Assembly: GCA_013115125.1 (NCBI GenBank)
Contig: JABANN010000056.1
Location: forward strand, 1-64,000
DNA length: 64,000 nt
DNA from: Perkinsus olseni
Lineage: Eukaryota
Reading direction: 5' to 3'
The notes beneath the pieces are model-generated. The model saw nothing but the letters and a program-made list of their open reading frames with translations. It did no database searches and was not told where the DNA came from. A program made the translations under genes and the position numbers. Positions 11,883 through 25,077 of this stretch are shown piece after piece. Numbering within the stretch: the first letter of the stretch is position 1; the number at the start of each line of letters is the position of its first letter.

Positions 11883-14800
11883 TCATGGTTTAGCATGGCG
11901 ATTCTCATCATTCTTATTCATTCCCTCAAAGCTTCTCCCCGGTATTCCCCCCAAAGCCGCAACCATCCTCATTTCCATCTCCGTTGTGCTCGATTCACAT
12001 TCGCGACGATATCCTTCAAGGCTCGTCCGCGCGAATGCCAGAGGATGATCAGAAGCCAGATTTTCAGCTCGGGTTGGAGGCTCGTGTCCGTGCGAAGGAA
12101 AGTTGGCCACAAGATACCGGGGGTACCTGAGACCACAGAGCAGAGCAGTTCTGCCTTCAGAGCGCGGGTCCTACCTTTTCTCCGGGACGACATGACGACC
12201 GAACCAGCTGAGTACCCAGCTCGAAACACCAGCAGACGAGAACTCCGTCTCTCCGAGCATTGCCCAGCGCTCCCGAGAGACCATAACGGCCGCGCGGGAC
12301 TGAGAAAATATCTATAATGCTTCCTAGAACTGGAATTATATGCCTGAGGAGCGGTCGGAAGGAAAACAACACGCTTACTGAGATATCCTCATAGCTACTC
12401 GACATGATCGCGATGAGGAGATTGAGGAGAGTGATGTTGATGATGTAGGTGGTGGCAACGAATATGAACCACAAGTAGTTGGCGCCCTGACAGCGGCCAT
12501 AAGAATGATGGTTGAAGAGGAGGCTACCCTCATGTTGTCGATCTGGCTCTCCATGGTGTCTCCCAGAAGACCAATTCGATATACAGAAAGGAAGTAGTGC
12601 CATATTCTTCCGAGACTGCCGGGCCTAGAATTGGCCATGAGCCCACCCAATGTGGCTTGAGTAGGGTCAACGGGATAATCAACAACCCATACGGCAAGCA
12701 TCATCGATACTACGAAGACCGTGAGCATGACGAAGAACCAGCGGACAGAGTAGGTGACCTCTACGACCAGACGGAACATCCAGGCCAGATTCTCAAAGCC
12801 GCGGAACATAGTAACAGTATTGATCAGAAGAACGATCATGGTCACCGAGGCGTACTGAGACACCGATATCTGGCCCCGCCAGTGCTCGTGGAAGTCGTGG
12901 TCGGTGGCGAAGTCGATGATGATAAGAGCAACCGTCATACTGACTGCCAGCAGGAGGGAGAGGTTAGTCGCATCCTCCAGGTAGTTGCGCCAGGAAATTC
13001 TCCTGAGTTGAAGGCCCTCTTTGACGTAGTAGGCGAAGGAAAGGATGAGCAAGATGAAGGCTAAGACTTCGCGACCGCCTCTATCAGTATTGTAATCGAT
13101 GATGTACTTGGTGCCAAGGGTTACATACAGGAGCCACTGCAGTAGGGCTGCTATGAAGGAGACCCAGCCGAAGGCTTGCCATTGATGAGCGAAGAGCAAA
13201 CGCATAGTAGGGGAAGTTAGTATGTTATCAGGAAGGTGGGAGAACCAGAGGTCCCACTTGAGTGACCACGAGGCGTTGGGAAGACAGAGCACCTGAGCAC
13301 GTTATGTGAAGGCGGGTTCTTCAGTCCGCTCAGAATCTCCGACTAGAAGAAGAGATTCCGCGACTGCACAAAGAGCGGGTACTAGAGCTATGAGAGTAGA
13401 GGCCTGATGATGCTGGTCACCCTTATGTTAGATTCTGTGGTGTACTCATCAGACTCTGGCTTGCGTATCCCCAGGGCTCGATAGTAGTCCTTGCGAGGGA
13501 GGCCGTAGGCGTTGGCGCAAAGGGAGTAATACGAAGTCGTTATGCAGGAGGTTATCTCATGGCGGCCACTCGATGGCAGCACCTACCGCAGAAAAAATAC
13601 ACTGTGGATACTCCCGCCAGTTTCATTCACCTCAGGAGCTTTGCGATTGCCTCCAGTCGGCATGAGGCGAGAGTCCAAGAAGCCTCTCAGAGAGGGCATG
13701 TCGCTTTCTCTGTAGGTGGAGGCCATGAGTATCGGAGTCAATAACGACGACACGTACCTGAGAACATATCGCACGGACCTTCGCGCTGATAGGCACTCAC
13801 CCCGCGCCGTGCCTCGAAAGTGATGTCGCGTACGCTAACTGAACATCAACAGCCTCGAAGGACTTATTAGAGAGGCTGATGAGCATTGTGCTAGTGAGTC
13901 TACTGTCGAGTCGGAAGGAGAGCTCAATACCGAGCTCCTCAGCAAGGGCGTAAGCGGTGGCCAGCCCTGCAGTGTTGCCTGTCTCTGCCCAGTAGTGAAG
14001 GATGGTGGAACAGTTGTCGGGTAGCCAGTCTAGAAGTAGACGTGGTTGGGTTCGGAGGAGAGTTGCCAGGACCCAACCAGGTGTACCGGCATCTCGACCT
14101 TGGAAGGAGTACCCAGCCTTGGTGAATGCGGCGGCGCTGTTGCTCAGAGCGGTGAGCTCACCCCAGATCTCACCGAGGCTTGCCTCGCCACCACGTTCGA
14201 TAGGATGGATCTCGAGGGAGCCGTCCGATAGGACCAGGGCCACTTGCCGGGGAGTGAGGACACAGAAGCCGACGACGGTGATATCAGCGGCCGTGGTGAT
14301 GATCCGTTCAGAGCGCACGCGAGATATCCCTCCGAAGGAGGTGAAGCCAGCCAGGCTTGACCCACGACCAACAAGGCAGAGGTGGCTTGCTCGGCAAGTT
14401 AGCATATCCCAGCGAATGCAGACACCATAGACGTCAACGGTGAGGAGGTCTCTCGGGTCATCTGCGAGCTGGCAGCTGACAATTACACCGGAAGAGCCGG
14501 CAGGCTTCAGGCGGTAGTTGCTAGTGTTGTAGTGGCCTTCGAGGGAGCATAGGCACACTCGACTTGGTATGTGCCAGACTAGTAGAACTCCAGCCTCATC
14601 AGCGCTGACCACCCTAGAAGGGCCTCTCAGTACTTGGAGAATTGACACGTAGGAGTCGTGGCCGACAAAGGCTCCGTAGGGCTTCTCCGGCCGGTCAACA
14701 CTGACTGTATAGAAGGTGGAGCTGCGGTGTGGCATGACGAGGAGCTCATTATTGTGGGGACTGTCCACGAGGCCGCGGAGACCATGAGGGAAGAGAGATG

Positions 14801-16932
14801 GCCGATCCAACGACACCCATTGAGTTCTAGTGGAGGAGAACAGCCCAACTTTACTGTCGAATATGAGAGCCCAGCTGTCATGATGCAGCATATGCTTAAC
14901 ATCGGTTACCGGTACTTGAGGGTCCTCCTTGAAAGCTCTAGCAAGCCTCGGTGCTATTGCATGGCTCTTAGTAACCTCCGACACCTCCACCCTGTCTTCT
15001 ATATGGCGTACATTGAGAAGGCAGAAGGGCCTGTCAGCTCCAGTGACCAGAGGCACTATAAGGATCTCATAGTGGTCAGAGCTGTCAGAACCCGAACAAT
15101 CCATAGCGATGTTGAAGTCGTTGTTTCGACTGTAAGTGTAGAACTCCACCGGTCCATCACCAACGATGTGGTCATCGGTGGAGTACCAGTGGATAGTATG
15201 GGCATCACCGACAACCAGGAAGGCCCCATTGAGGCGTCCAGTGACCATCACTGGCTGTTCTATCGAGGTGTTCTCGTTCTCAACAGCAACAGTCTCGGGC
15301 CCTCCCAGTCTATGAATACGAGAGCCATTGGTAGGCCTCCAGAGTGTAAGGGGCCCTGCCGGTCCGGGGCAGGTCAACCCCAAGGTCCCGCAGCAAACCC
15401 GGCTCAATTGCTGACCGAGGGCAGAAGGACGCCGCGAGTCGTGCCTAGCAGTGGACCTGAGGAAATGGTGATCCAGTATCCGAATTTAGTCGGCAAAGGC
15501 GGGCCTACGTAGTAAAGCAGGGTACAGTATCAGCACGTATCAGGGATCCCGAGGAGGAACAATCGACTTCCACCGTGTACAGGATGCCATCAGTAAGGTC
15601 CCCACCAGCTAGGATGAGCATCACCACAGGCGCCCACTGTGTCTTCTCCCTACGGTAGGGTAACCCTCGCAATGGCACAGTACTACTGCGATACTGAGAT
15701 GGTGCTCACCTCGATAGCCGGGCAGACTGTCTTGGCGACGATCCGCTTCGGGAGTTGAGCATGAAACCAAAACCGCTGCTCCGCGCTCGTTCCCTCAGTT
15801 TATTCATTCCCCCACGGCTCCTCACCACGGCCTCGCCCATAACGTTAGCCACTCCCTTGACGACCCTTGAGGGCAAGGGGGACTCCGGCTGATCGCGCTC
15901 GCTCATCTCCTTAGTGCTGACAGTAGTGACCTGGTGTCGCGTAGCGGACATGCTTACAATAGGAGGCCTGAGACCTCGAGGCAATACTGCTTCTGGGAAG
16001 GTGATCGTCCTTTCGACATCCCAGATCTCGAAGTTGCGGATGGTGATAGATCGTTCATTAGCATTACTCGAAGCCAACCTCAGACAAGGGTGGAGGTCTG
16101 TCCGCGGCAGGAAGCACAGCTCTCCAGGCATCTCGGTAATAGAGGCCTTAGGGAACTGTAGGAGGGACGGCACCTCGCCATCTTTATCCTCTTCATACAG
16201 GCCCGTGGCGATGTGGATGATTTGCTCCTGGACGAAGGCAACCACAGGAAACTTCTCCCCTGCCAAGCCTCTCTCAACGACGATGCCCGAAGCTGGAGGG
16301 AAGTCCTCAGAGCCGTAGACTGGTACCATACTGCTGTCGGGGTAGATCCAATCCCATGACGAGGAGGCCACCGCTAAACCTCCAATCCTCAGGGGCATGT
16401 GGGCATGCGGTCGTGCTATCGCCTTGAACTCCAAGGGCTCGTCGTCATCAGGCAAGGCCCAGGCCTTAGGCATCGCTATCCCTCCTAGGACACCATCCCT
16501 TTCCACCACTAGGAACGCCTCGTCGGCTGTCCACAAGAGTCGCGATGGGATGGACGTATCAGTCGAGAAGGCGGGCAAATTGGTAGTGCAGCCAGTAGGA
16601 GTGAACAGCATCTCAGCGATGTCCTTCCATATACGCAGCTCTAGCCTGGCGTCCTCAGCGGCTACCAAGGCGGCCAGCATAGAAAAGCTGCTGGTCACCG
16701 CCATGGCGGTTATCTCGCGACCCACGGTCACTGAGGGTACTTCAACAAGCATAGTCTCATCACCATCCGGTTGAACAATCGCGAAGCCTTCCTTCTCGTC
16801 AGCGAGGAGGAGCATCCAATCGCCGCTGAAGGGCCTATGGACTACTTCCGGTATGTTCACCAATTCGACGCATCTCAAGTTGGTGAACTTGCCCTGGGGA
16901 ATCCTTATCGCCAGAGGAGAGGTTATCAGCAT
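11883..16932 (-). CDS. TRP-like cation channel with N-terminal WD40 repeats and an ankyrin-like repeat
   Basis: WD40 motif GHDSYVSILQV...VVSADEAGVLLVW; ankyrin-like TILHYWAETGN; several TM helices in 12375-13292; pore helix SVYRIGLLGD; S6 YIINITLLNLLIAIMSSSYEDIS; TRP-box-like SRERWAML. Confidence 0.8.
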
Positions 16933-17060
16933 TAGAAAGTGGCTGAGTTCTGGCAATATTTAGCTCAGGATCAACCCAAGAGGTGGGGAGAATAATATGA
17001 GCACTTCAACAGACTGAGCGAGTTAAAGACAGGAACTAGAATGATGAGTAATGGGCATGG

Positions 17061-20000
17061 TCATGTAGGAGTAATAGCCGTGTAGGGATCGGGGCCTTCT
17101 TCCATAGTGTAGGTTATGACTGATCTCCCCAGCTCCAGCTGAACACCGAGGGGATGGTCAACGAGAGTACTGCCGTATCTTACAGGTTCGGTGCGCGTCT
17201 CCATCTGTGGTCCCACATGCTCCCTCAACTTCATGTAGGCCCCGTAGGTTTCATTCCATCGACGTTGAAGGTAGAGGACGTATAGCAATGATGAGACTAA
17301 AGCCAGGCATCCGGCGGCGATGCCGAGGATGAAGTACCTGAGGACAGCTTCTAGTGTATACAGGCTCCCTTGGTCCCTCACCAAGGGAGACCGCTTTCAC
17401 AGCTCTGCCAGGAGGCCTCGGCTGGTGGCTCATCTCTTACCATGCAAAGGCTGTCCGACAGCACATAAGATACCTAATGCCGCTCTCGGCCGCCGTCAAG
17501 AAACCATACTAGCTACCCGCTGAGTGCCATTGGTGCATTCACTGACGGTGCGGACATAGTCATCGGGAGAACAAAGCCGGCAGGCCTCAGCCAGGTGCCA
17601 TCCTATCGATACATACTGTCCACCGCAGATACCTGCCCGAAGGGGCTGGCAGAGGAGTGCTGATCATCATACGGCTACGTGTATTCTGAGGTGCTGGCAG
17701 TAGCGTGGCCACTGGGTACGTGGACTTGTTCACAACGGAGGGGTCGCATATGAGGTTGATCTGAGAAGGTGCTTCAACGCCGTACTGGTACTGACTGCCA
17801 CCGTCACTGACCGCGGCCACGCTTTGGCATGCTCCAACCTCGGCAGGGGCGACCAGCACTATTCCTATTCCATGACCAGAGGCTTCCACCTCCGCGATGG
17901 ACTTGCCAATGGGCACACGATCGGTGTCGCCCTGCAAGGATATACCGGAGCGCGTTGAACCACCTCTTCTCCCACCTCTGCTGCTGTCGGTGATGCAGAG
18001 GCGGCGCACTTGCCGGCCACGACAGCCTTAGTCATGTCGGCGCGCCCTGCGATGGGGTCGAAGTAGACAGAGCGGCCATCAGGCAGAGCCAATGGCCCGT
18101 ACTCTCCCGCTATCTGCATGAACCCCTGAGGACAGCTGGAAGGCTGATACCCACCTTATCACTGAGGGCCTTGAGGTCGAATAGACCGTCACCTATGGCC
18201 AGATCTGAGCCGATGCTCATAGTGCACGAGTCGGCCCCTGCCTCCGAGACCATCCCATTGGGGCAGGGAAGGCAGGCTGCTGACCCCTCATGGGAGGTAT
18301 AGGTATTCGCCTGGGGCAGCATTCACTACTAAGCCGTAGAGGCCTTAGCCTTACACTGCAAGGTCTGCACGCCGCGCCATCCTTAGAAGAGAACTGCCCT
18401 TGGGGACACTCCTGGCAGGAGCCGCCAACCAGTGCTTGGCCAGGATCACAGGGATGACACTCTGCAGCCCCACCTCCTCTACTAGAAGAGAGGGAGAAAG
18501 ACGTGAAAGTAAACCTGAAGGTTGAGACAGAGAGAACAGCAGATGCCGTCTGAACTACTTCGATCCGACTGGCCCCTCGCAGCGTATAGAGATCTCTGTG
18601 ACCTCTCTAGAGGGAACCGTCACTCCTCTGGCGGCATCGAACGGCGTGAGCCTGATGGGCTCCTGACCGGCTCGGGCACCAAAGAATACCTGTCTTAGAG
18701 TACACCACAAGGAGCTGCGATGCTGAGTACCACAATGACTGGTGGGGTCTCTCCCTCGACTTGGACGGAGTAGTTGACCTTGAGGACACCTCGAGCGAGC
18801 ATCTCAACCCTCCACGTCAATTCGACGCTCCTCGTGAGATGGTCAGTTAGCTGAGGTCGACCTTATGGAAGCAATAGGGCCGACGGTGGCTGACCTCTGT
18901 CGCCAAAGATTCCTGTCGGGCCTGCCAGGACCCCCCTCGGAAACGGAATGGAAGAGACCAAAGGGCAGGGAATGAGTCGACCACCGATTCTATCGCGGGT
19001 ACCTGCGGCCATCAGGATGTCACTCAGCATGGACAGAGCACTGACCTGCCCATCGGGGCATGCCGCACAGCCCTGCGCTGTAGCGATCTTGCCCATCTCA
19101 GCCGGACACCTGAAGACTGTGGAGTGGGGTAACGACGGGTGTATAGCCCCTAGAGTTACCGGATACACCTGCCTTCCTGAGGGTCCAGATAGCTCCCTGT
19201 AGGGCAATCCTCACAGGCCGTCGTTATCGTCTCGGTAGGAAGAGGGACACTCTCGGGCAGTTGGGAATCGCAGACGATTGGAGATGACCAGCCGTAGCGT
19301 CCCTATGCCCGCATTGGTGGTGGTGTAGCAGAAAGTGAAGGTAGAGGTACCGTTCTCTTCCACGTCGCCGCGTCACAGTCCGAGTACTGTATAGAATAGT
19401 CCTCGGCTGTGCACGGGGGCCTCACGGAGCATGAAGAGTCCCCAGGAGCTGCATACCTGCGGCCGGCTACACCGTGGTAGAGAAGCATGACGGCACCTAC
19501 TGTCCAGGAGGACACTGCTGGCACACACTAGTGTTGTGATCTGGATACTCATCCCTCCCGCAGAACAGGCACTGCTCCCTTACGGTACTCGTCAGCAGCC
19601 CTGAGGAGGGTTGCGCCCCGAAGGAGGCGGAGACAAAGGACCCACGTTGGTCACCGGGCGGACAGGGGAGGCACTCGAGATCTACCGTCCGGGTGCCTAG
19701 GAGCTCTATAGATCGTATCCAAGCTCGGTCGTAGCCATAGTCCTCCGACATATCTTTAGAGTAGACCCACTCCAACGTGTGCGGCCCGGCCTCCAACGAC
19801 ACACTTCCCTATGACAACGATGGTGCACAGCCGCCTCAGGGACCTCACCTCCTTCCAAACGAGATTACCATCATCATCAACGGTGGTGTACTCGGGGCCT
19901 AGCATCATCACCCCGTCAACCATGAACCGAAAACCGTCAAATTCATCCTCGCCGTCAACCTGCGCGTCGTTGGTCTACCGATGTCCACAGCCCGATATTA

Positions 20001-20752
20001 CCATATACACGAAGCGGACCTCTCCATCACTGAGCCAATTGTCCTGCAGTCTGAGAACGCTGTCGATATCTGGGTTGCCGTAGTTCTCGCCGGAGTACAC
20101 CACTTCGCCGTCCTCACTCGCAACCCAAGACATGCCTGCTAGGACTACCATTACCGCACGTCGATGTCGATAGTTACATCTCTCGCTGCTGTTGTTGTTG
20201 TTGTTGTTGTTGTTGTCCGTGCTGGTGTTGAGCCTGTACGGCACCCAGGATTCCCCAATGGCCCATCCGTACCCAAACTCGAGAGAATGGACACACCAGC
20301 TTTTCATGGAAGGGTGTGCTTCCGCTGGCACCCAGTTCGTCAACACCTGGCCTCCTCCCACGCTGTATCTATTGACAGGGAATTATCACCGACCACTCGT
20401 ACCCACCACGGCTCACTGGCCGCTTCGGCACTTGACACATCGACCTTCAATATGGCGATTGACCAGAAGGCCTGTATAGAACTCCCCTTTCTCGCAGCGT
20501 ACATCGCAGGGCACGCCATGCAGTGGGTCTGGGACCTGGACGAGGCCCTCTCCGGACTGCGGATAGTGCGGGTAGAGTTACTTCGCAGGCACCCACGTCA
20601 GGAAGCCTCTCAGCAAAGATGCTGATATGACTGCTGTCTGGATGGGAGGTTGGACAGTCCTCTAGAACAGAGTACTGTAGTTGATGTTGATCACAGTGTT
20701 GTCCCCAACTGGGGAGGATGAGGAGGGAGAGGGAATGATAATTGAGTAACAT
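17061..20752 (-). CDS. ELAPOR/KIAA1324 (UPF0577)-like type I membrane protein with Cys-rich repeats
   Basis: Signal peptide MLLNYHSLSLLILPSWG; HTLEWVYSKD...IELLGT...CLPCPPG; PPCTAEDYSIQYSDCD; CLPCPNG repeats; C-terminal TM FILGIAAGCLALVSSLLYVLYL followed by YMKL. Confidence 0.75.
20190..20215. repeat. (GTT)n microsatellite
   Basis: About 8 GTT units. Confidence 0.9.
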
Positions 20753-20858
20753 GATGTATCTAGTTTGAAGATCCAGCCGGACGGACAGCAGCGGCAGTGA
20801 GTGGCTATTGCAGACCGCTCCTGGCTGCCTCCTTATTGACTAACGCAAGTCATCCTAG

Positions 20859-21565
20859 TCAAGGACAACTGCCCATCTCGGCATGCCCATCCCCGTTGTT
20901 GGAAGAATGGTCTGAGCTCTCCTCCTCCTCCTCCTCCTCCTCCTCCTCCACCACCTCACCATCATCATCATCGTCATCATCACCATCATCATCGTCTCTC
21001 ATGCCTGTAAATAAGTAACGTACAAGTGAGGGAACTCATCGGCACCGACATAATAGATCCATCCATCTTTGGATGACCACTTGGAACTCCTTCGCGATGG
21101 CATCCTCAGGGTCCAGAGCCGATACTGAAGAGATCACCTCCAGGTTCGCCCACTTCCCACCCGGAAATGGCCATCAATTCTGATGCCCCATAGCGACGAC
21201 AGCTCTCCTCTTTACGTTCCCTCGCCGTCTCCAAAGCCTTAGGGAAGTCCCTCGTGTTCAAATGCATGAGGAACCGTGCCTTCAGGTTGAGGACCTGTCG
21301 AGACACTTCGGGATCGGGATGAGCATGGCCTAGCTACCGTTCCGTCGGTAGCCATCTCATCTACTTGCTCTACCATCCTCTCCCTCGCGTGCTCACCATC
21401 GCCCGTCATCTTCTCCGAATCCGCCGCCGTAGTAGGACGGGTGGAAACACCTACAACAAGGCATGCTGGACTCAAGGGCGGACTGCTGCTGCCAAAAGGC
21501 CCATCACCGAGTTCTCCAGTCGGCTGAGGTATCATGGACGTCCTTGACGTTCCTCTCTCATCCAT
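20859..21565 (-). CDS. Small acidic-tailed protein, ERICH2-like
   Basis: Exons VLNLKARFLMHLNTRDFPKALETARE / LDPEDAIAKEFQVVIQ, then a poly-D/E tail, resemble the ERICH2 pattern (LxAxFL...D...A......EPxN..AKEF). Confidence 0.5.
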
Positions 21566-22280
21566 GACCCTGCAGTGAGTACTATATATAGAGGACTACA
21601 CTGCGACTGCCTAGAGTGGTGGCGAGCTGCACCCCATGAGTAAAGATATTGACCATAGACTGGTAACACAACATGCTATACAGTATGGAGGCACCATGAG
21701 GGTGGAAGTGGGTAACAGGCGGATGCGAGGCCGTGAGTCGGATGAAACCTCTGCCAAGTAAGGCCACGCTGCTATCATCTGTGAGTATCTATCCAACTCT
21801 TCCACTTGAAACTTTCAGAGATGTTCCAAGTTGAAAGATCCCCGTGGAACAGCAGAAAATACCATCTGGCCCCTCAATTGAGTTGTCATCCTGCCTTGGG
21901 TTCACCGAGGCTTCAGGCTATGTGAATCCACTCGACCGCAATCTCTACGCGATGTGATGGAGTCCTCTAGTCTAGGGCCTGCTGGACAATACTCGACACC
22001 GCCGTTGAGAACGACTCGCCCGATCGGTTGTGATGAAGGTCAACAAGCAGCCTTGACGAGGGATGAAGTCATTGGTTGGACGACACAGCGGTTGTGCTCA
22101 TACTCGGCACGAGACAGTCCGACGCTTGAAATCATGAAGATGCCATCAGCTGACAGCGAGTAGCAACAAAATCGACGGAGAGCAAGCAACACAAATCAGA
22201 GTTGTCTAATAGGATTGGCTACTACAGAATCCATCATCATGTTCATCATCTGCGTGGCCTCAACAGCTTATCTCATGTGC

Positions 22281-22759
22281 TCAGACGACGCAGCAGTAAT
22301 AAGGGAGACGCCTACTGACGGGGAACGGTCTCCCTTTATACAATGTAACAATCAATGCACAGCTCAGTACCGTACGAAAATATGATGATCGAAAAAAGCC
22401 CCGCGGACGTGACGGCCAGCAGGATCGACGGTAGAGTGTAGCATGGAGTGGTATGGTACAGGATGGAGGGGGTGTCAAAAAGATGCTGTTGTTGCCAAAA
22501 AGGGTGAGCCTTATCCGCCTCAAGGCTAGAGTCTATGTAGTAGCGCAGAGCCCATTAACGATAGACACAGACTCACTGCACTACCGCTTGTGTCCATGAT
22601 CATCGGATCGCCGTTGGAGAGCATGTCAACAGGGATGAGCATGGTGTTGATAGCATGACCGATGAACTTACGAGTGCATGGTAGGTTAACAATCACCGTA
22701 ACAATGGCGAAGCGGAGAATTGTCAGACGCCAGAGTGCCCGGAGGGAGACGCCTACCAT
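22281..22759 (-). CDS. Small hypothetical membrane protein with a Met-only first exon
   Basis: ATG|gtaggc; exons FIGHAINTMLIP..., ...LPSILLAVTSAGLFSIIIFSY (TM-like), GRPFPVSRRLPYYCCVV*. Confidence 0.35.
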
Positions 22760-22884
22760 GTCGGTGATAACAGAGTCGGAAAAAATACCTCCGAAAACTA
22801 GCCTTGGCAGTAACCAACAAAACGAACAAAGATCGGTGTGAGAAACTATCATTCCTAGTACGCTCACAAATGGTGGTTTATTAC

Positions 22885-24021
22885 TCAGGCGCGCTGCTGC
22901 TGCTGCTGTTGCCTGGCCTTTTCGAGACCCTCATCGAGTGACTGATCAGGAGTTGGGGTGGGTGCTATCATTATGAACGCGTCCATAGCAGTACTACCTT
23001 GCAGAGATCCTCCACCACAGTGTCCTCGAGCATAACAAGAGTTCCATCAGGCTTCATGAGGCAGACCTCAACGTTCTTCCCACTGGGATCCACAACCTCC
23101 AGTAAAGCCCTGATGGCCATATCGATCGTCTCTTGCTCAGCCATATCCTCCTTGTAGTTTTTCTCGAGGTAATCGGTCACTGAGAAGGGGGCGTAAGGGC
23201 GGGCTCAGTAGTCGCCTATTACCAGTCTTGCTGTTCCTGCCGATAGCAGCAGCCTTCCACGAGTTGAAGGAGCCGGAAGGATCGGTCTGGTACCTACAAC
23301 AACAGTTAGAGTGAGCTCAACACAGCACTACTGTAGGGATGTTTATTACAATTGTGGTCTCTTATTTTCATTCTGGCCAATGATCAAAGTAGAAATGCCG
23401 AATGGGCGAGCGCCTGAGGAAAGACAGATTACGCTGAGGCAACGAGCACAGGGTCGGTAACATTGACAAATCCGATAGAGCCGATAGAACCCTCCCTTAT
23501 GACCTCCCTTGTAGGTGTACTGCTGTTGAACTCCCGCGATATAACGAGCCACGTAGTCTACTGTAGGCTGGTCTTCAACATTAAGACGATAGCTCTGACA
23601 CTCTACACGAGCCTTATTAGCCAATACCTGCACTCGACCAAATCACGTCTTCGAATACGGTGGTTCTACCCTCTATTACCCTCGCGTCAGCGTTGAGACC
23701 AGCAAAGGCTAGCACCACATGCTGGTCGATTTTTAGGATCTTCCGAACCGTCCTGATGTAGAGCATTCGACTAGGTTCAGAGGACCTGGTGACATACCTG
23801 GGGTCCTGGAGCTTAGGAATAGCCTTCCTCTCAACGGCAAGGACGGCAGTGTCCTTTCCTCGAACTCCAACAGCTGTCGTGCCCTTTCTTACTGCCTCCA
23901 AAGCGTATCTTACGATGGATAATTTGCTTGGGTCAACCTAGGATACTCAGAATACTTACTCAACTTGGAAGAGATGACCATCGGGCGAGAACACGGTGAT
24001 AGCACGATCATAACCCGACAT
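22885..24021 (-). CDS. PSMA7: 20S proteasome subunit alpha type-7 (alpha4)
   Basis: [40 protein letters not shown]...[11 protein letters not shown]...[10 protein letters not shown]...RPFGISTLI...[20 protein letters not shown]. Confidence 0.95.
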
Positions 24022-24530
24022 GTCGAAGGAGGATGGTACAGTAGCAAAAACTACAACTCAGAAATCAGTGAGCCCGACCCGGCATCCTCGAGACGTTCAA
24101 GCAGCCTCGACTACGTCGTGCTAGGACCTGTCCAACCTACGCTCCCCTCAAGACTACAGTGGATAGCAACGTACTGCACCCAGCCACTAAGAGAGGACGG
24201 GGCTGCCTTTTTTGTTGCTCCGCAAAGTGAGGTTTAAGAGGCGAAGTAGTTTGAGGAAGGAGGCGGGCCTTGCTCAGACAAGTCAACGCCCTCAGAAGGC
24301 TTCTCATCAACCGATCTGTGAAACACTCGATGCGTTGGTGAAGTGTTCGAACGTGATTCCTTTACAGGCCAGACCGAAAATGTGATCTGTTCAGCTATGT
24401 GCTAACGAACATGCTAGGAGACGTGAGCTGCCGCCTACGGACGAAAACTAGCGTCTCGGATCACCTCGAAATTGGCACTAAAACCTTCTCGACGAGTCGG
24501 TACTACCGGTTCAACAGCACTAGGAGCCAC

Positions 24531-24566
24531 TGCTGCTGCTGCTGTTGCTGTTGCTGTTGCTGTTGC
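24531..24566. repeat. (CTG)/(CTGTTG) microsatellite
   Basis: Directly visible. Confidence 0.85.
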
Positions 24567-25077
24567 CTGAACTCAGTTTAGAGCCGATAGGCCCTACGGG
24601 AGCTCAACAGAGATGACCTTCAGACCATGCGAAGCGAAGGTCACAGACTGTTGATTCCCAAGACCTAGGGATCATGATCGGACAAGAAGAAATTGGAGCT
24701 ACAATGTCATGTTATCTCGAATCAACTCAACTTTGGGATGATGATCATCGTCATTCGACGACGACGACATTGTACGTAACATCTGATACGTGCAACTGCA
24801 GTGAAAGAGCAAGTTTCGCTCGCCTCGATTTGAGCTCGCAGCACGAAAGTAACTATTCCGTTATCGGCCTTTGTGTACATGTTTGCATGAGACTGCCAGG
24901 TCCATGATTGCAAGCTTAGAGCTCGTACCTCAGCCGCGTCGGTCAAAGTCAACGCTCAGCGCGCATGGCATGGCTAACTGTGCTGACGGGGAGGGACGCG
25001 AAGGCTGCCGTTCACTTGCACACGAGCGGATGTTTCGCTAACCGCCCTCACCGTCTCAGAGTGAGCAACTGTCCCCT

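Noticed and set aside
14002-16774. Plus-strand ORFs of 125-284 aa opposite the WD40/TRP gene
   Set aside because: Typical antisense shadows of GC-rich coding exons with no motifs.
22190-22255. Possible box C/D snoRNA on the minus strand (ATGATGA...CTGA)
   Set aside because: Only about 54 nt, no recognisable rRNA guide, and ATG/GAT microrepeats are common in this window.
24399-24581. Poly-Cys ORF
   Set aside because: Translation of a CTG/CTGTTG microsatellite.
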